Positions 24,692 through 36,600 of a stretch of 64,000 nucleotides of DNA are shown piece by piece. Every line of letters begins with the position of its first letter. Position 1 is the stretch's first letter. The DNA comes from Malacoraja senta. Lineage: Eukaryota. Made by a program: the position numbers and the translations under genes. The stretch spans positions 177,320,001 through 177,384,000 of the forward strand of contig CM075978.1 of NCBI GenBank assembly GCA_038087875.1, given 5' to 3'. Under the pieces are notes generated by a model. It was not told the origin of the DNA. It was given only the letters and a program-made list of their open reading frames with translations, and ran no database searches.

Positions 24692-27600
24692 CTGGGAGTA
24701 AAAAGGCACGATTAATGCTTATTAATGCCAATGGCATCAGAGAAAATATTCAATGCAGAAGCTTTCTTTGGAATGCAATGGATAAAACAGAGACCAGAGA
24801 TACAGATTCCTAGGTTGGTCACTTGTTGTAAATGGAATACATGCCAGGCAAGGCTATGCTCATCAAATGCATCAATGAAACATTTGGATAGCTCCCTAAC
24901 ATTGCCATGGTGGTCGCACATCCAAGACACTCTATACAAATATAGCTCTGGAGAGATACTGTATGAAAACAGGCCCTTAGGCCCAATGTGTCTGTGACAA
25001 CCATCAGCCACTCATTTACCCAATCACTACACTGATTGCATTGTTTTTATTCTCCCCACATTCCCGTCAACTCTCCCCAGATTCTACTCCTCATCTACAC
25101 ATAAAGGGCAATTTACAGTAGCCAATTAACTAAACTACCAGTCTGCATGTTCTTGGAATGTGGGAGGAAATCCTTGTGACTTTGAAGTCACACGTGCAAA
25201 CTCCATATTGACAGCACCAGAGGATCAAACTCAAGTTGTTGGTGCTGTGAGGCAGTAGCTCTATTACCTGTGCTGAGTGCCGCACTATAAACAGCCAGAT
25301 CAACAACTCTGCACTATGAGCACAGACCAGAACAAAAACAACTCAATGGATAAGATGTATTTGCCAAGCCAATTTCCTGACATTGAAGTGAAAGTGGCAA
25401 CACAGGGTGGATAGGATGATAAAGGCAACTCAGTGTGTGGTTGCAATTCTCTTGACATTTTATTTACCTGATGAGTGTAGGCTGAGACGCCCTTGTATGC
25501 AATGATGCTCATATCTTACGTAAGCTGGAGTAACCACTAATATATACAGTAACACCACCAGGAACCACTGTGATGATTAGAGCCGCCAGCACCCTTGCTT
25601 AGTTTTGACTGCTGGAACCATTAAAACACTATATCATTGCATCTTCTGAAATCAATTGTTTTATTCGGGGAAATTCACTGATCCTCTTCCTACTGCTCCA
25701 CAGTTAAAGGTTCAATCCCACCAGCTTGCAATTTATGGAAATTTATCTCAAATCCCTCAAGAAGATTTTGTTTTGAAAGTGCTTTCGTTCATTTCTCACA
25801 CTGCACTGGGAACCGTCTACCACACAATCAAAAATGCATCACTGCATCCATTAAATCAACAACAAAATATTGCGGTCACTTACATGACACACTATTAGTG
25901 CATTCATTCCTGCAGCAACACATTAGTTTGCTAACTAAAGCAACATGTGCTCAACAAAGCAATGCACTGATGCGCAAGAGATAATTTCTATTGAGCATAT
26001 TAATGCCGTCAGTTTATTAGCACATTTGTAAATTTACTTGAACAATCATGAATCTGTTAACATCAATGTGATGATAAATTACAATATCCTTGGCATAGTC
26101 ATTACAGTCATTGAGCATTGGGAAAGTTATTAAGCCCACAATGTAATTTGTAATGTAGAGGAGATACTCCAATTCATATTTGGCAAGCTTCAATTTATCT
26201 CCCATAAGCAATGGTAGAAAACGGTAATTTGTCTGAGTCATGTCACATGGAAAGTGAGCAATTAGGTCTCTGTATCTATGGTCTGCAATTGATGCGTAGC
26301 GTGATACTTGTGCAGAAGGTAAACACCTGGAAAGGGAGCACAGAGAGATCTCCTGACGGAAGTACCTTGGGAAGGAATAGTGTCTTCGGAGCAGGAGGGT
26401 GTGGTGGTTTGGGTACTGTAACCACTGGAGTACTGCAGAGAGTCACGGCTGCTCTTCTGGTGTTCCAAGCTCAGGCCCCGGGTCAGCACCATAGCCAGGT
26501 CACTGGCTGCTGTGGATATCTCCTCCCCATGCTGTTAAGGAAATGAGGCACAACAAATAGTCCTTCACTGTTCAATGCAGCAAATTGTACTGTAATATAT
26601 GTTACTTTGCACTGTGACACATTGCTCCTTGTACCATAATATACTGTCCCTTGTACAGTTGGACTATGATATAGTTCACACTATATCGTAATATAATATA
26701 CCTTGTGGTGAAATACTGATTATTGTATTGTGATACATCCCCTGATACAGTAATACATTTACCTTACAGTTTAATATATTGTACCTTAGACTGTTACTTG
26801 TACCATATTATTTGTGCTCTAGTGATATACGGTACTCTGGACTATGACATAGTGCACTTGGTACTGTTACAATTGTATTTTGTACTGTATTGTACTGTAC
26901 CCTGTATAGTAACATACTGTTCCCCATATACCAATAAACTGTACCTTGCGCAGTAATAAACTGCACTGTGTATTGTAATACACCATACCTTGTATGTAAT
27001 ATACTGTACCTTAGCAGCCAACGATGCTGCTGTTACTCGAGACCTCTGCCCATCCTCGACGCTGATCCCCGGATAGACCATTGTTGCCGAGACGGCCTCT
27101 ACTTCGCGGTAGCGTTCAGCTGCCTCCTTGCGTCTCTGTAAAGTGTTCACTACCGGCTGGTCATAGGGACCAGGCTTCGACCAGTCCTAGAAAGTTGAGG
27201 CAAGCGGGCGGTGAATAGAAACATTAGTGTGGGGACTGGGAGTTCAAAGCCCACGGAGAGGAGGGGAATTTCATCTGATTGAGACATTACAGCAAGGCAG
27301 CCAATTAAATACTAAAGTAATTCTGGGTTTGCTTTAAGGTGGCTTATGAAAATAGCTCCAATTAATAGCACCCAATTTTGCACCCATGTCTGCCACCTGT
27401 TCACTCCTTAGTCACTTATCTGCACATTGCCCAGTAAACTGCTTTCTGTAACTAAAACCACTTCAATCCACAAACAGACATCTCTCATTTAGTCCTGTTG
27501 CACAAGGCAGCCCTTTTCCTCCTGCTCTATGCCAACTGCTGGCACTCGTAATCTGACCTACTGCCTGGGATTTAGGACACCTCCCGAACCTTTAGTCACT

Positions 27601-30600
27601 TCATCCACAAGCCTGGACAATGTGGAGTGAGAGTGGCTGAACAAGCACTGGTCATTGTTTCCTTATCAACGGGAACTGGGACTAGATCATCCAAATTAAT
27701 TTCATGCAGTGCACAAAATGAATGGAAAATCCAGCAGCATGTATAATAAGTAGCCAATAAACTACTGCATTGTTTGTGCCCAAAGCAGATATTCTCCAAA
27801 AGAAAACCTAATTTCTTCTATCCCTGCATCACGGACAATTTTCTTCTTTGATCGATGATCATTCATCTTATTGCATAATCTTCTGTTTTAAGTTTTAAGC
27901 TGTTATCTATTCACAGCTTCTTCCATTCTTTTATCTTAAGCTGTTTCTTCTCCCCCGTGCGGTCCCACCACATTTCAAGTTATTTCTTCCTCCCCCCCCC
28001 TCCCCCCCCCAGCGGTCCCCACCACATCTCCTCCCTAAGGAGTCCTTGCCTCTGATTTTTCACCACCATAGATCATGATCGAATGGGCAACATTCCAACC
28101 TCCAGATTTCAGACTGCTTTGGAATTACAGCGGAACAATTAAACAAAAGCAGTCGCAGGAAAGGTGTTAATGTGTAGTTGATTCTGAGGTTATGCATGCA
28201 TGTGATTGGGAATCAACAGCACATCCATGAAGAGAATGTAGTGAGAGATGAGGCAAAATTAAATGCAATTTAAAATAAAACTAAAAGTGAAGAAACAAAC
28301 CTTCCAGCTAGGAATCGTTGATGAGCGTGCAGTGCCACCTCCAAGTGAGTGGTTAGAGGGAGGGTTATCAGGGAAAACAGCAGGGGAAGGCCTAGTGTAG
28401 GCCCCTGTGTCAGGGATAGTGGGGGGAGAGCCAAACAACACGGGTGAAGTGCACTCACTAGGCAGATGGTAATACACATAACCAGGCATGAACTGCAGAT
28501 GGAAGAACATGATGTCAGCATGGGCAATAAGTGGACAGCCATCAGACGGTTTTCAAGAGAATGGTTCGGGAAAACACAACTTAACCATATATTTTCCAAA
28601 GGAACGCACAAGTTGCATGGCCAATAGTTCAGTTTGCACTGCTCAAAATCCAAAAATTGAATACCGAGGGATTCAAAGATGCAACCTGGTAATTTGCTAA
28701 CCGTGGTAATAGATTTCTCCCCCCAAAAATTCATGCATAAGTTTCCGATTTGAGTTGGACTGAAGGAGTGTGACTAATTGATCCAACTGCAGAAAAATGG
28801 TTGCCAATATTGAATCCACTGAAACCACAAACATTATTATTATTAGACAAGGGTTGCAAATTGAAGATGCTTCCCTTGCTGCAAACGCAACATCTCCAGT
28901 GAGGTTGTCCGTGCCGAGAAGCAACTTCCCTGTGTTAATGGGCAACAGGTCCCATCGCATTGATGTACCAAAGTTTCAAAATCTTAAAGCAATGTGCAGT
29001 CTTCTTCAATCAGGGCAGGCAAGCTAAAGCCAATCAACAGATTAAGTGCTTGCTTGACAAGTTGTGTTTTCGAACAAATTCCCTTGAAACACAGGTACAA
29101 CCCATTGGGTCTCCAAAACCAGAGAAACGCTTTCCCAGCCCCCAACAAATCTCTCTCTAACTCCAAGTGATTACTCTTTAACCTCACATCCTCTTGGATG
29201 CAGATAAATACTGTAAGTTTTCAAAGTATTCACAGACCAGTTCTTGAACTCAACAGTTTCCTTTTGAATCCTTCTGCAACTCTTTCCTAAACTTGTATAA
29301 CTCACATCATCTCAATTTTGTAATAGGTATGCAGGTATTTTAAGTCAACAGGATATATACACACTCAATCCAATTATCATTACCAAAAGTGCAGTAGTAC
29401 GACATCTCTAATCACGTTTATCATGGAAAAGTTAATTTTTTTGTACTGAAAGTGTTTTTTCTGTGCGTCCTCCATTTTTATTGCTTTCCTCTGGGGTTGG
29501 CAGTTTGAAATTGCTTTGTATATTTTGTGATGTCTGAGAGTCTCAGCCAAATGAAGACACTTTGAACTTTAAACTTAGGATGGTCCCTTTGGCCCTGTGA
29601 ATGCTACCTTATAGAATTGTATAGATGTTTTACAAAATGAAGGAATGTTAACCTGAATGGTATGGTCTTAACATTTTAGAGGTGATCTAATCAAGGGGGT
29701 TTACATGAAAAGTGCTTTGATATGGTGCACAAGGTGGAATTATTTCTTTGGGGAGAGAGATAGGATCATAAATTAGAACCAAATTCGCACTGCTATCATC
29801 ATACCTGAACATAATTCAGGAGTAAGGTTAGGGGATACTAAGGTGAGTGAGAAGCTGGAATTATTTCAGCAAAAGGCTGTGGATGTAGGGATAACAGGGG
29901 TGTTCTGAGCTGAAATCAATAGAATTTAAGTAGCTATCTATCTGTGTAGAGAAAAGATTAAATACAGCCAACTTCAAACTCAATGGTAGAAGGAACCTGA
30001 GAGAAGGGACACTTCCTGTTTGTGAGTGTCATGATTAATGATAGGACATGCGGTTTGGCTTGCTTCCCACAACTCTTAACGATATGGTTCAGTTTCACTT
30101 CCTCAAGAGTTGTTTCATCTTCCATATAAATTGAGATGCGCCTTCCCTGAGGGAGACTGCCAAGGAATAATTAGTCAGCTTTTTTCAATGGAAACCAAAG
30201 TGTGTTTGACCTGTAACGTTAAAACTGTATCTCTCTTTGCAGATGCTGCCTGACATGCTGAATGTTTTCGGCATTCTCTGTTTAAATTTCAGATTTCCAG
30301 CAACTGTAGAAAGTATCCTGACTGGTTGTGTCATGGCCTGCTAGGCCAATTGCAAAGAGGCTGCAAAGACTGGTGGACTTTGTCAAGTCTGTCACGGTCA
30401 CAGGTCACCTCACCATCAAAAACATCTACCTAGCCACCACCTCAAGAAGGCAGCATCTATCATTAAGGAACTCCACCATCTGGGCCAAGTCCTCTTCTTG
30501 CTGCTACCATCAGGTGGAGATACAGAAGCCTGCACTCCCACACCACCAGGTTCAGGAACATTTACTTTCATGCAACAATTAGGCTCATGAACTGACCTAA

Positions 30601-33600
30601 CCCTACCTCGGTGACAGAACACTGCAGATACCTCTTGCACCACCATGGACTTGCTTCAAATTTTGTTTTGTACTAACGTCTTGTTTTCTTTTCTTTGCAT
30701 TCCTTTTCTGTTCAACGCCATGCAAAATTATTATGTAATTTATGTCTAAATTAGGTATAACTGAATTTTTTGTATGTTGTCTGTGCCTGTGATGCTGCTA
30801 CAAGCAAGATTTTCATTGCGCCTGCACCTCACTGTACTTGTGCATCTGACTATACATTTGGCTTGACTTGATCTGCTGTTTTTAGATTCACTTATAATTT
30901 TCTGTTTTAAAAATATCTCACAAACTCCTCCCTGGCCTCTCGCCCCCAGGACCAACCACAGCAATTCAGCAGATATACCTTAAGTATTCTTATTGAGATA
31001 TGATGATAAAAGTGTTAACTTAATGTGTTTTCACAGAAACAAGATAGATGGAGCAATAACAAACTTCTCAAGGAACTCAGTGGGTCAGCTACCTCATTTG
31101 AACTATCTTTAATTGGACTTTATCGGGCTTCAATGTTGTATCCTGCACTAAATGTTGTACCCTTTATTCCTTAGCAGTGTACTGTAGAAGGCTTAATTGT
31201 ATTCATGTATAGTCTTTTCTTTGACTGGATAGCATGCAAACAAAAGCTTTTCACTGTACCTCAGTACACTTGACATTAAACTAGAGTACAGTTGCACAAG
31301 TGTCAATAGAAGCGATTTTAGTCCATTTCAATGGCCACCCATAGTGAACTGTGTTCTTAAGAGACAATGGTGTCTGAATACTGTGGGAAGTAACATGGGA
31401 AGTTTTTATTCCCTAGACATTTTTCCAGACAGCTTTTTTTTGCTTGGCAAATTATTAAGTGGTTCTCTAGTTTCCGAAAGAAATTGCCTTACAACCAATT
31501 CAGTCTGCATTATAGAAATAATGCTTCCCACAGTTCATCACTTGCATTATTTCCGCTTTGCAAGACTACCTGTATATAAAGTCATGAGATGGCATGGATA
31601 GGGTGGATAGTTGGAAATCTTTCCCCGAGGCAGTTGTGTCGGAACGCAAGTTAACTTTGGCGTAGAACTGGTCACCTAGGCATCTCCCCATTTGACCCTG
31701 TGACCTGTTGTCACGGTGGTGGTTTGCGGTAAGGCATAGCAGCTTTAGAGGTGATCTGAGGTCGAGTTTTTTTCAACAAGAGGGTGGTTGAATCTAAAAT
31801 GTAATGAAGAGATGATGGAGGCAGTTACTAATATTTAAGAAGTACCTTGATGAGTACTTAAAATGGTAAGACACAGACGGCTACAGGCCAACTGTGGGTC
31901 AATGGCTACTAGATTGTTGGCCAAATTCGAGCCAAAGCTCATATTTCTCTGTAGTATACATATCTTAGCCCTCATGGAACTGTTCAGTGAAAACCTTAAT
32001 AGAAATGTCATGGCTCTGTTTCTCTGAAATAAGGACTCTGAATAATGATTGTTGGATTGGGAATGCAAATATATCCTATCGACTTTGCTTAAACTAAGCT
32101 GAACAAGATATTGATAGAAATGTAGTTACTTATGGAGTACATCTAAAGAAGCAAACACTTTAAAACTTACAGTATCACAAAGAGGGGTGGAAATTGGCCC
32201 CAAGCACATGGATTGTGGATTAACCCTAATGTGCTGTACGGCATTTACTTGTTGGTTCCGCAGGCCCGGATGGGAGAGAATTAGCGATGAGTATGGATGA
32301 TTCACCTTTTCACCACCTGACCACGCTCCGGCTGTGGAGCTAGAACTAACCGAAGTGGGTGAGCTACACTCGCTGACTGACTGACACGTCTCCGATGCCT
32401 CAGAGGAAGCCGAGCTCGATGACTTCTGCATTGGATCCGGCGTCAAAGGAGACGAGGTGGAGCAATGAAAGAGAAAGAGACAAAAGCTGGTTAGAACTTC
32501 ATTATTCAGAGACAGCCCGTTTTTCATGCGATCTCATCGGTTGCCAGTGGGTGTTCTGGTTTCCTCTCATTTCCCAAAGATCAGTGGGAGGGTTAATTGG
32601 CCACTGTAGATGAACCCTATTGTAGGCAGATGATGGGAGAGTTGGGGAAGAGTGGAGAGAGCAGATGTGACAGAGAATAAGCTGCAGAAGTGAGAGGTTG
32701 AGGGAATGGGATTGCACTGAGAGCAGTCATAAACCCAGTGGGCCAAATGGCCTACTTTTAAATCCTTCTGTAATCTTTAAATCGTACTGCAAAGAATGAG
32801 TCTGGAGGAGCAGGTTTTGAAGGCAATTTAGCTGAATGGGTGGAGGCAACTTTGGATGAATGCTTCAAAACCACAGAGTTACCAGTAATTTCAGAGCTGC
32901 TGAGCTGGTTCAGCAAACTTTGCCGGTTTTCAGATGTGTGAAACTAAAAAGCAGACATTTAAATAAAACTGATAAACAATTCTAACTTCATTCCAATTTT
33001 TTATTCTACTCAAATATTGCTTTCAAGGGTCCAATTGCTTAGAATCTGAGTAACGCTTCAGTTCTGAATTGTGTGTTGATTCCACAAACATCTCGTTATA
33101 GCATCATGTCAAGTTCTTGGATGTATTGGGTACATTTATAGATAGTGTCATATAGCATGGAAGCAGGCCCTTCGGCTTAACTTGCCCACGTCGACCAACA
33201 TGTCCCATCGACACTACTTCCACCTGCCTGCTCTTGGCCCATATCCCTTTAAACATGAGTCACTTGTTTAGAATGCACTGGGAAAATTCACAGATTTTAT
33301 TCTGTGATTTGAAAAAAGAACATTTGTCGAGTGCAATAGTCTGCTGTGTGCTGTGGTTTCTCGAAAGACCTTTACGTCTTCAGACTGCTGCAAAGTTTGT
33401 GTTCTTTGTCTAACATGTGCTGCCTCTTTAAGGGCCTGTCCCACTTGGCGATTTTTTTCAGCGACTGTCGGCATCATTGACTGAATTATCAGGGTCGGCG
33501 AAAGATTTTGAACATTTCAAAATCCAGGGGCAACAAAAAAAAAATGTTGCGACACTTGAGGAAACATCGCGTATCAATACGTCATCATGCCACGTCACCG

Positions 33601-36600
33601 CCGCGACTTTTTCGGTGACCTGATACGTCAGTCAATGATGCCGGCAGTCGCCGAAAAAAATCGCCAAGTGGGACAGGCCCTTTAGGATGTTTGTGCTGAC
33701 AATGTTCTCAGTCTATTGTGCATTGTGGATTTAGAATGCTTGCACTGAGAACTGTGACTAACAACATCAAGTCTGCTTTGTATGAGCAATAAGTATAGAA
33801 TCACATCAGAATTAATAGAGAGATAGAGCTGGAAAATAGGCCATTCACTGAATCTGTACCATCTCCCATTTTCCCTAAACATACATTAATCCCATGTCTT
33901 ATTCTCCGCACCTTCTCACGATCTTCCCCAGATTCTACCACTCTATAATTTAATATGCCACCGGAATAATTTACTGTGGCCAATTACAGAAGCCAATTAA
34001 CCTACAAACATGCAACTCTTTGCAATACGGAGGGAAACTGGATCACCCGGAGAAAACCCATGAGGTCACAGGGAGAATGTGTAAACTCTGTACAGAGAGC
34101 ACGTGTAGTCAGGATCAAACCTGTGTCTCTGGCACTGTAAGGCAGCAACTCTGCCGCTGCACCACTGTGATGCCCAACAAATGGGTTGGTGTGGATTTAG
34201 TGCTTCTGTGCTGTGTGACTCCATGATCAATTGTGCTTTTACTGAATGGAGGAGCCTGTGCGAGGAACCTATTCTCGCTCCTGGGTGTAGGCTCGTAACC
34301 TTCATTTCATCTACAGGTCCCCACTCGTCCATCTATTGCTAAACGGTGCAGTAACATTGGTCGTTGTCAAAGCTAAGAAGCGCTTACCTGACTGGTTATA
34401 TCGGACGGCATCGGTGAGGGAGGCTTGGAGTACATGGCGTCCTGGGATATGAAGCCGGAATCGTGTGACGACACGCTGGACAGCCGGTTGCTGGAACTGG
34501 CAGGCTGGGCCAAACTACGGTACCGATAGTTTGAGCTTGGCGAATGAGTCTGGGAACCACTGGAGCGGGAAGTGCTACTGTTTGTGCTATTTACACTGCT
34601 GGGGAAGGGTGCAGAGGGTAGAAAGGGGTGAGGGAGGGAAGGAAGGAAGACAGTTTAAGTGATCAGACTTACCAATAGCAAAATTACAGCAAAACAGGAG
34701 GCTACAGTCAAAGGGCGGCACAAATTTATTTCCTTCATTTCTCTTATAGAAACATCGAAAATTCTTAAGGGGTTGGGCAGACTAGATGCAGGAAAATTAT
34801 TCTCCATGTTGGGGGAGTCCAGAACCAGGGGTCACAGTTTAAGAATAAGGGGGTAGGCCATTTAGGACTGAGATGAGGAACATTTTTTTTCACCCAGAGA
34901 GTTGTGAATCTGTGGAATTCTCTGCCGTAGAAGGCAATGGAGGCCAATTTACGGGATGTTTTCAAGAGAGAATTAGATTTAGCTCTCAGGGCTAACGGAA
35001 TCAAGGGGTATGGGAAAAAAGCAGGAATGGGGTACTGATTTTGGATGATCAGCCATGATCATATTGAATGTCGGTGCTGGCTCGATGGGCCGAATGGCCT
35101 ACTCCTGCATCTTTTTTCTATGCTTCTGGGATCTGTTTTCCCAACTATTTCAGAGGGCATTAAACCAGCATGCTGATGTGACTGGTGAAGGAGGGCAGAT
35201 TTCCCACCCCTGAATGGGTTTTTGTGACAATCCACTTGTTTGGGAGTCTAGCTGTTCTTAATTTTCTTTTTCTGAATATTGCATATTATTGAATTTATTG
35301 AATATTGAATTGAAAAGAATTGAATTTAAACTTCACAGCTACCATGTGAGATTTGAACTCTGGTCTCTGGATGGTTAGTGCAGACCTTGGGGGGTTATAA
35401 AGCTGGTAGCTTAATTACTGCATTATCACCACACCCCTTTGATAGGACAATCATGGTATTAATATTAGGTGCTTGGCACGTTTTCCTTGTCAGCTATCTT
35501 CCTCCTATCTTCTCTCCTCGTTTAGATCACAACTTATAACAAGGCCATATCAACGTTCCTACCTCTGTGCAGTAGTTAAACCTATTGCAGGATATAAAGC
35601 CCCAGTATTGAGAGCCTTGGTAGACGCAAAGATCCACCAGCTTTTCCAGGGACAATGAAAAGATGCCCTTGTCATTAATAACAGAGGTATTAGTCAGATA
35701 AGGAATGATATCATGCTTGGACTCACTATTGAATTCCAGATACTTATGAAGGACATTGATTCCTTGACAGGGGTGCAGGAAGGATTTACTGAAACAGTAC
35801 TTCTGTGAAAAGACTGAATCTATGTTGCGGGAGACATGAGCAAAATACAAACTGCTTGAATTACTCAGTGGGTCGAGTTATGTAGAGGAAATGGACAGTC
35901 AACATTTTAGGTGTGGACCCTTCTTCAGACAGCTGCTTCCCTCCACATTCCCCACTGAACCCGTACTACATAACTCCTGCTAGTTATACGCCAGAGTCAG
36001 GATTGGAAACGTTAACAGCTAAACATATGCCGTTGATCTGTCAGGCATACACACCTACACATGCTGGACTTTCGGGAGCCAGAGCTGCTGGGGGAAGATG
36101 GTGGAGTCTGGTAAGACCAACTATAGTCAGAGCCCTTCAGGTCCTTAATCACCTGCAGGAGAAACAGAGGCTGGTTATTCTGGGAATATTGGACAAGGAA
36201 GGCTTTATGGGAAACAGAGTCCAGGGGTTCAACCAGTAATCTGCAAACAAATCTTTTAAGATTTTCTTTTATCAAAAGTTTTCTCACCTTTCTTTCTCCA
36301 CAAAATGTAGCGTATCATAGAAAATATCTGCAGATGCTGGTGGTTGGAGAACATCAAGTAAAGGGAGGTCCCAAGAGACTGCAGGAGTAGGTGCTGGGTC
36401 CACTGATGTTTGTTATATACAGTGGCTTGCAAAAGTTTTCATACCCCTTGAACTTTTCCACATTTTGTCACGTTACAACCACAAACGTAAATGTATTTTA
36501 TTGGGATTTTATGTGATAGACCAACACAAAGTGGTGCATAATTGTGAAGTGGAAGGAAAATGATACATGGTTTTCAAATTTTTTTATAAATAAAAAACTG

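Noticed and set aside
23918-24709. Plus-strand and alternate-frame ORFs over the last MTSS2 exon
   Set aside because: Shadow ORFs of a GC-rich coding exon.
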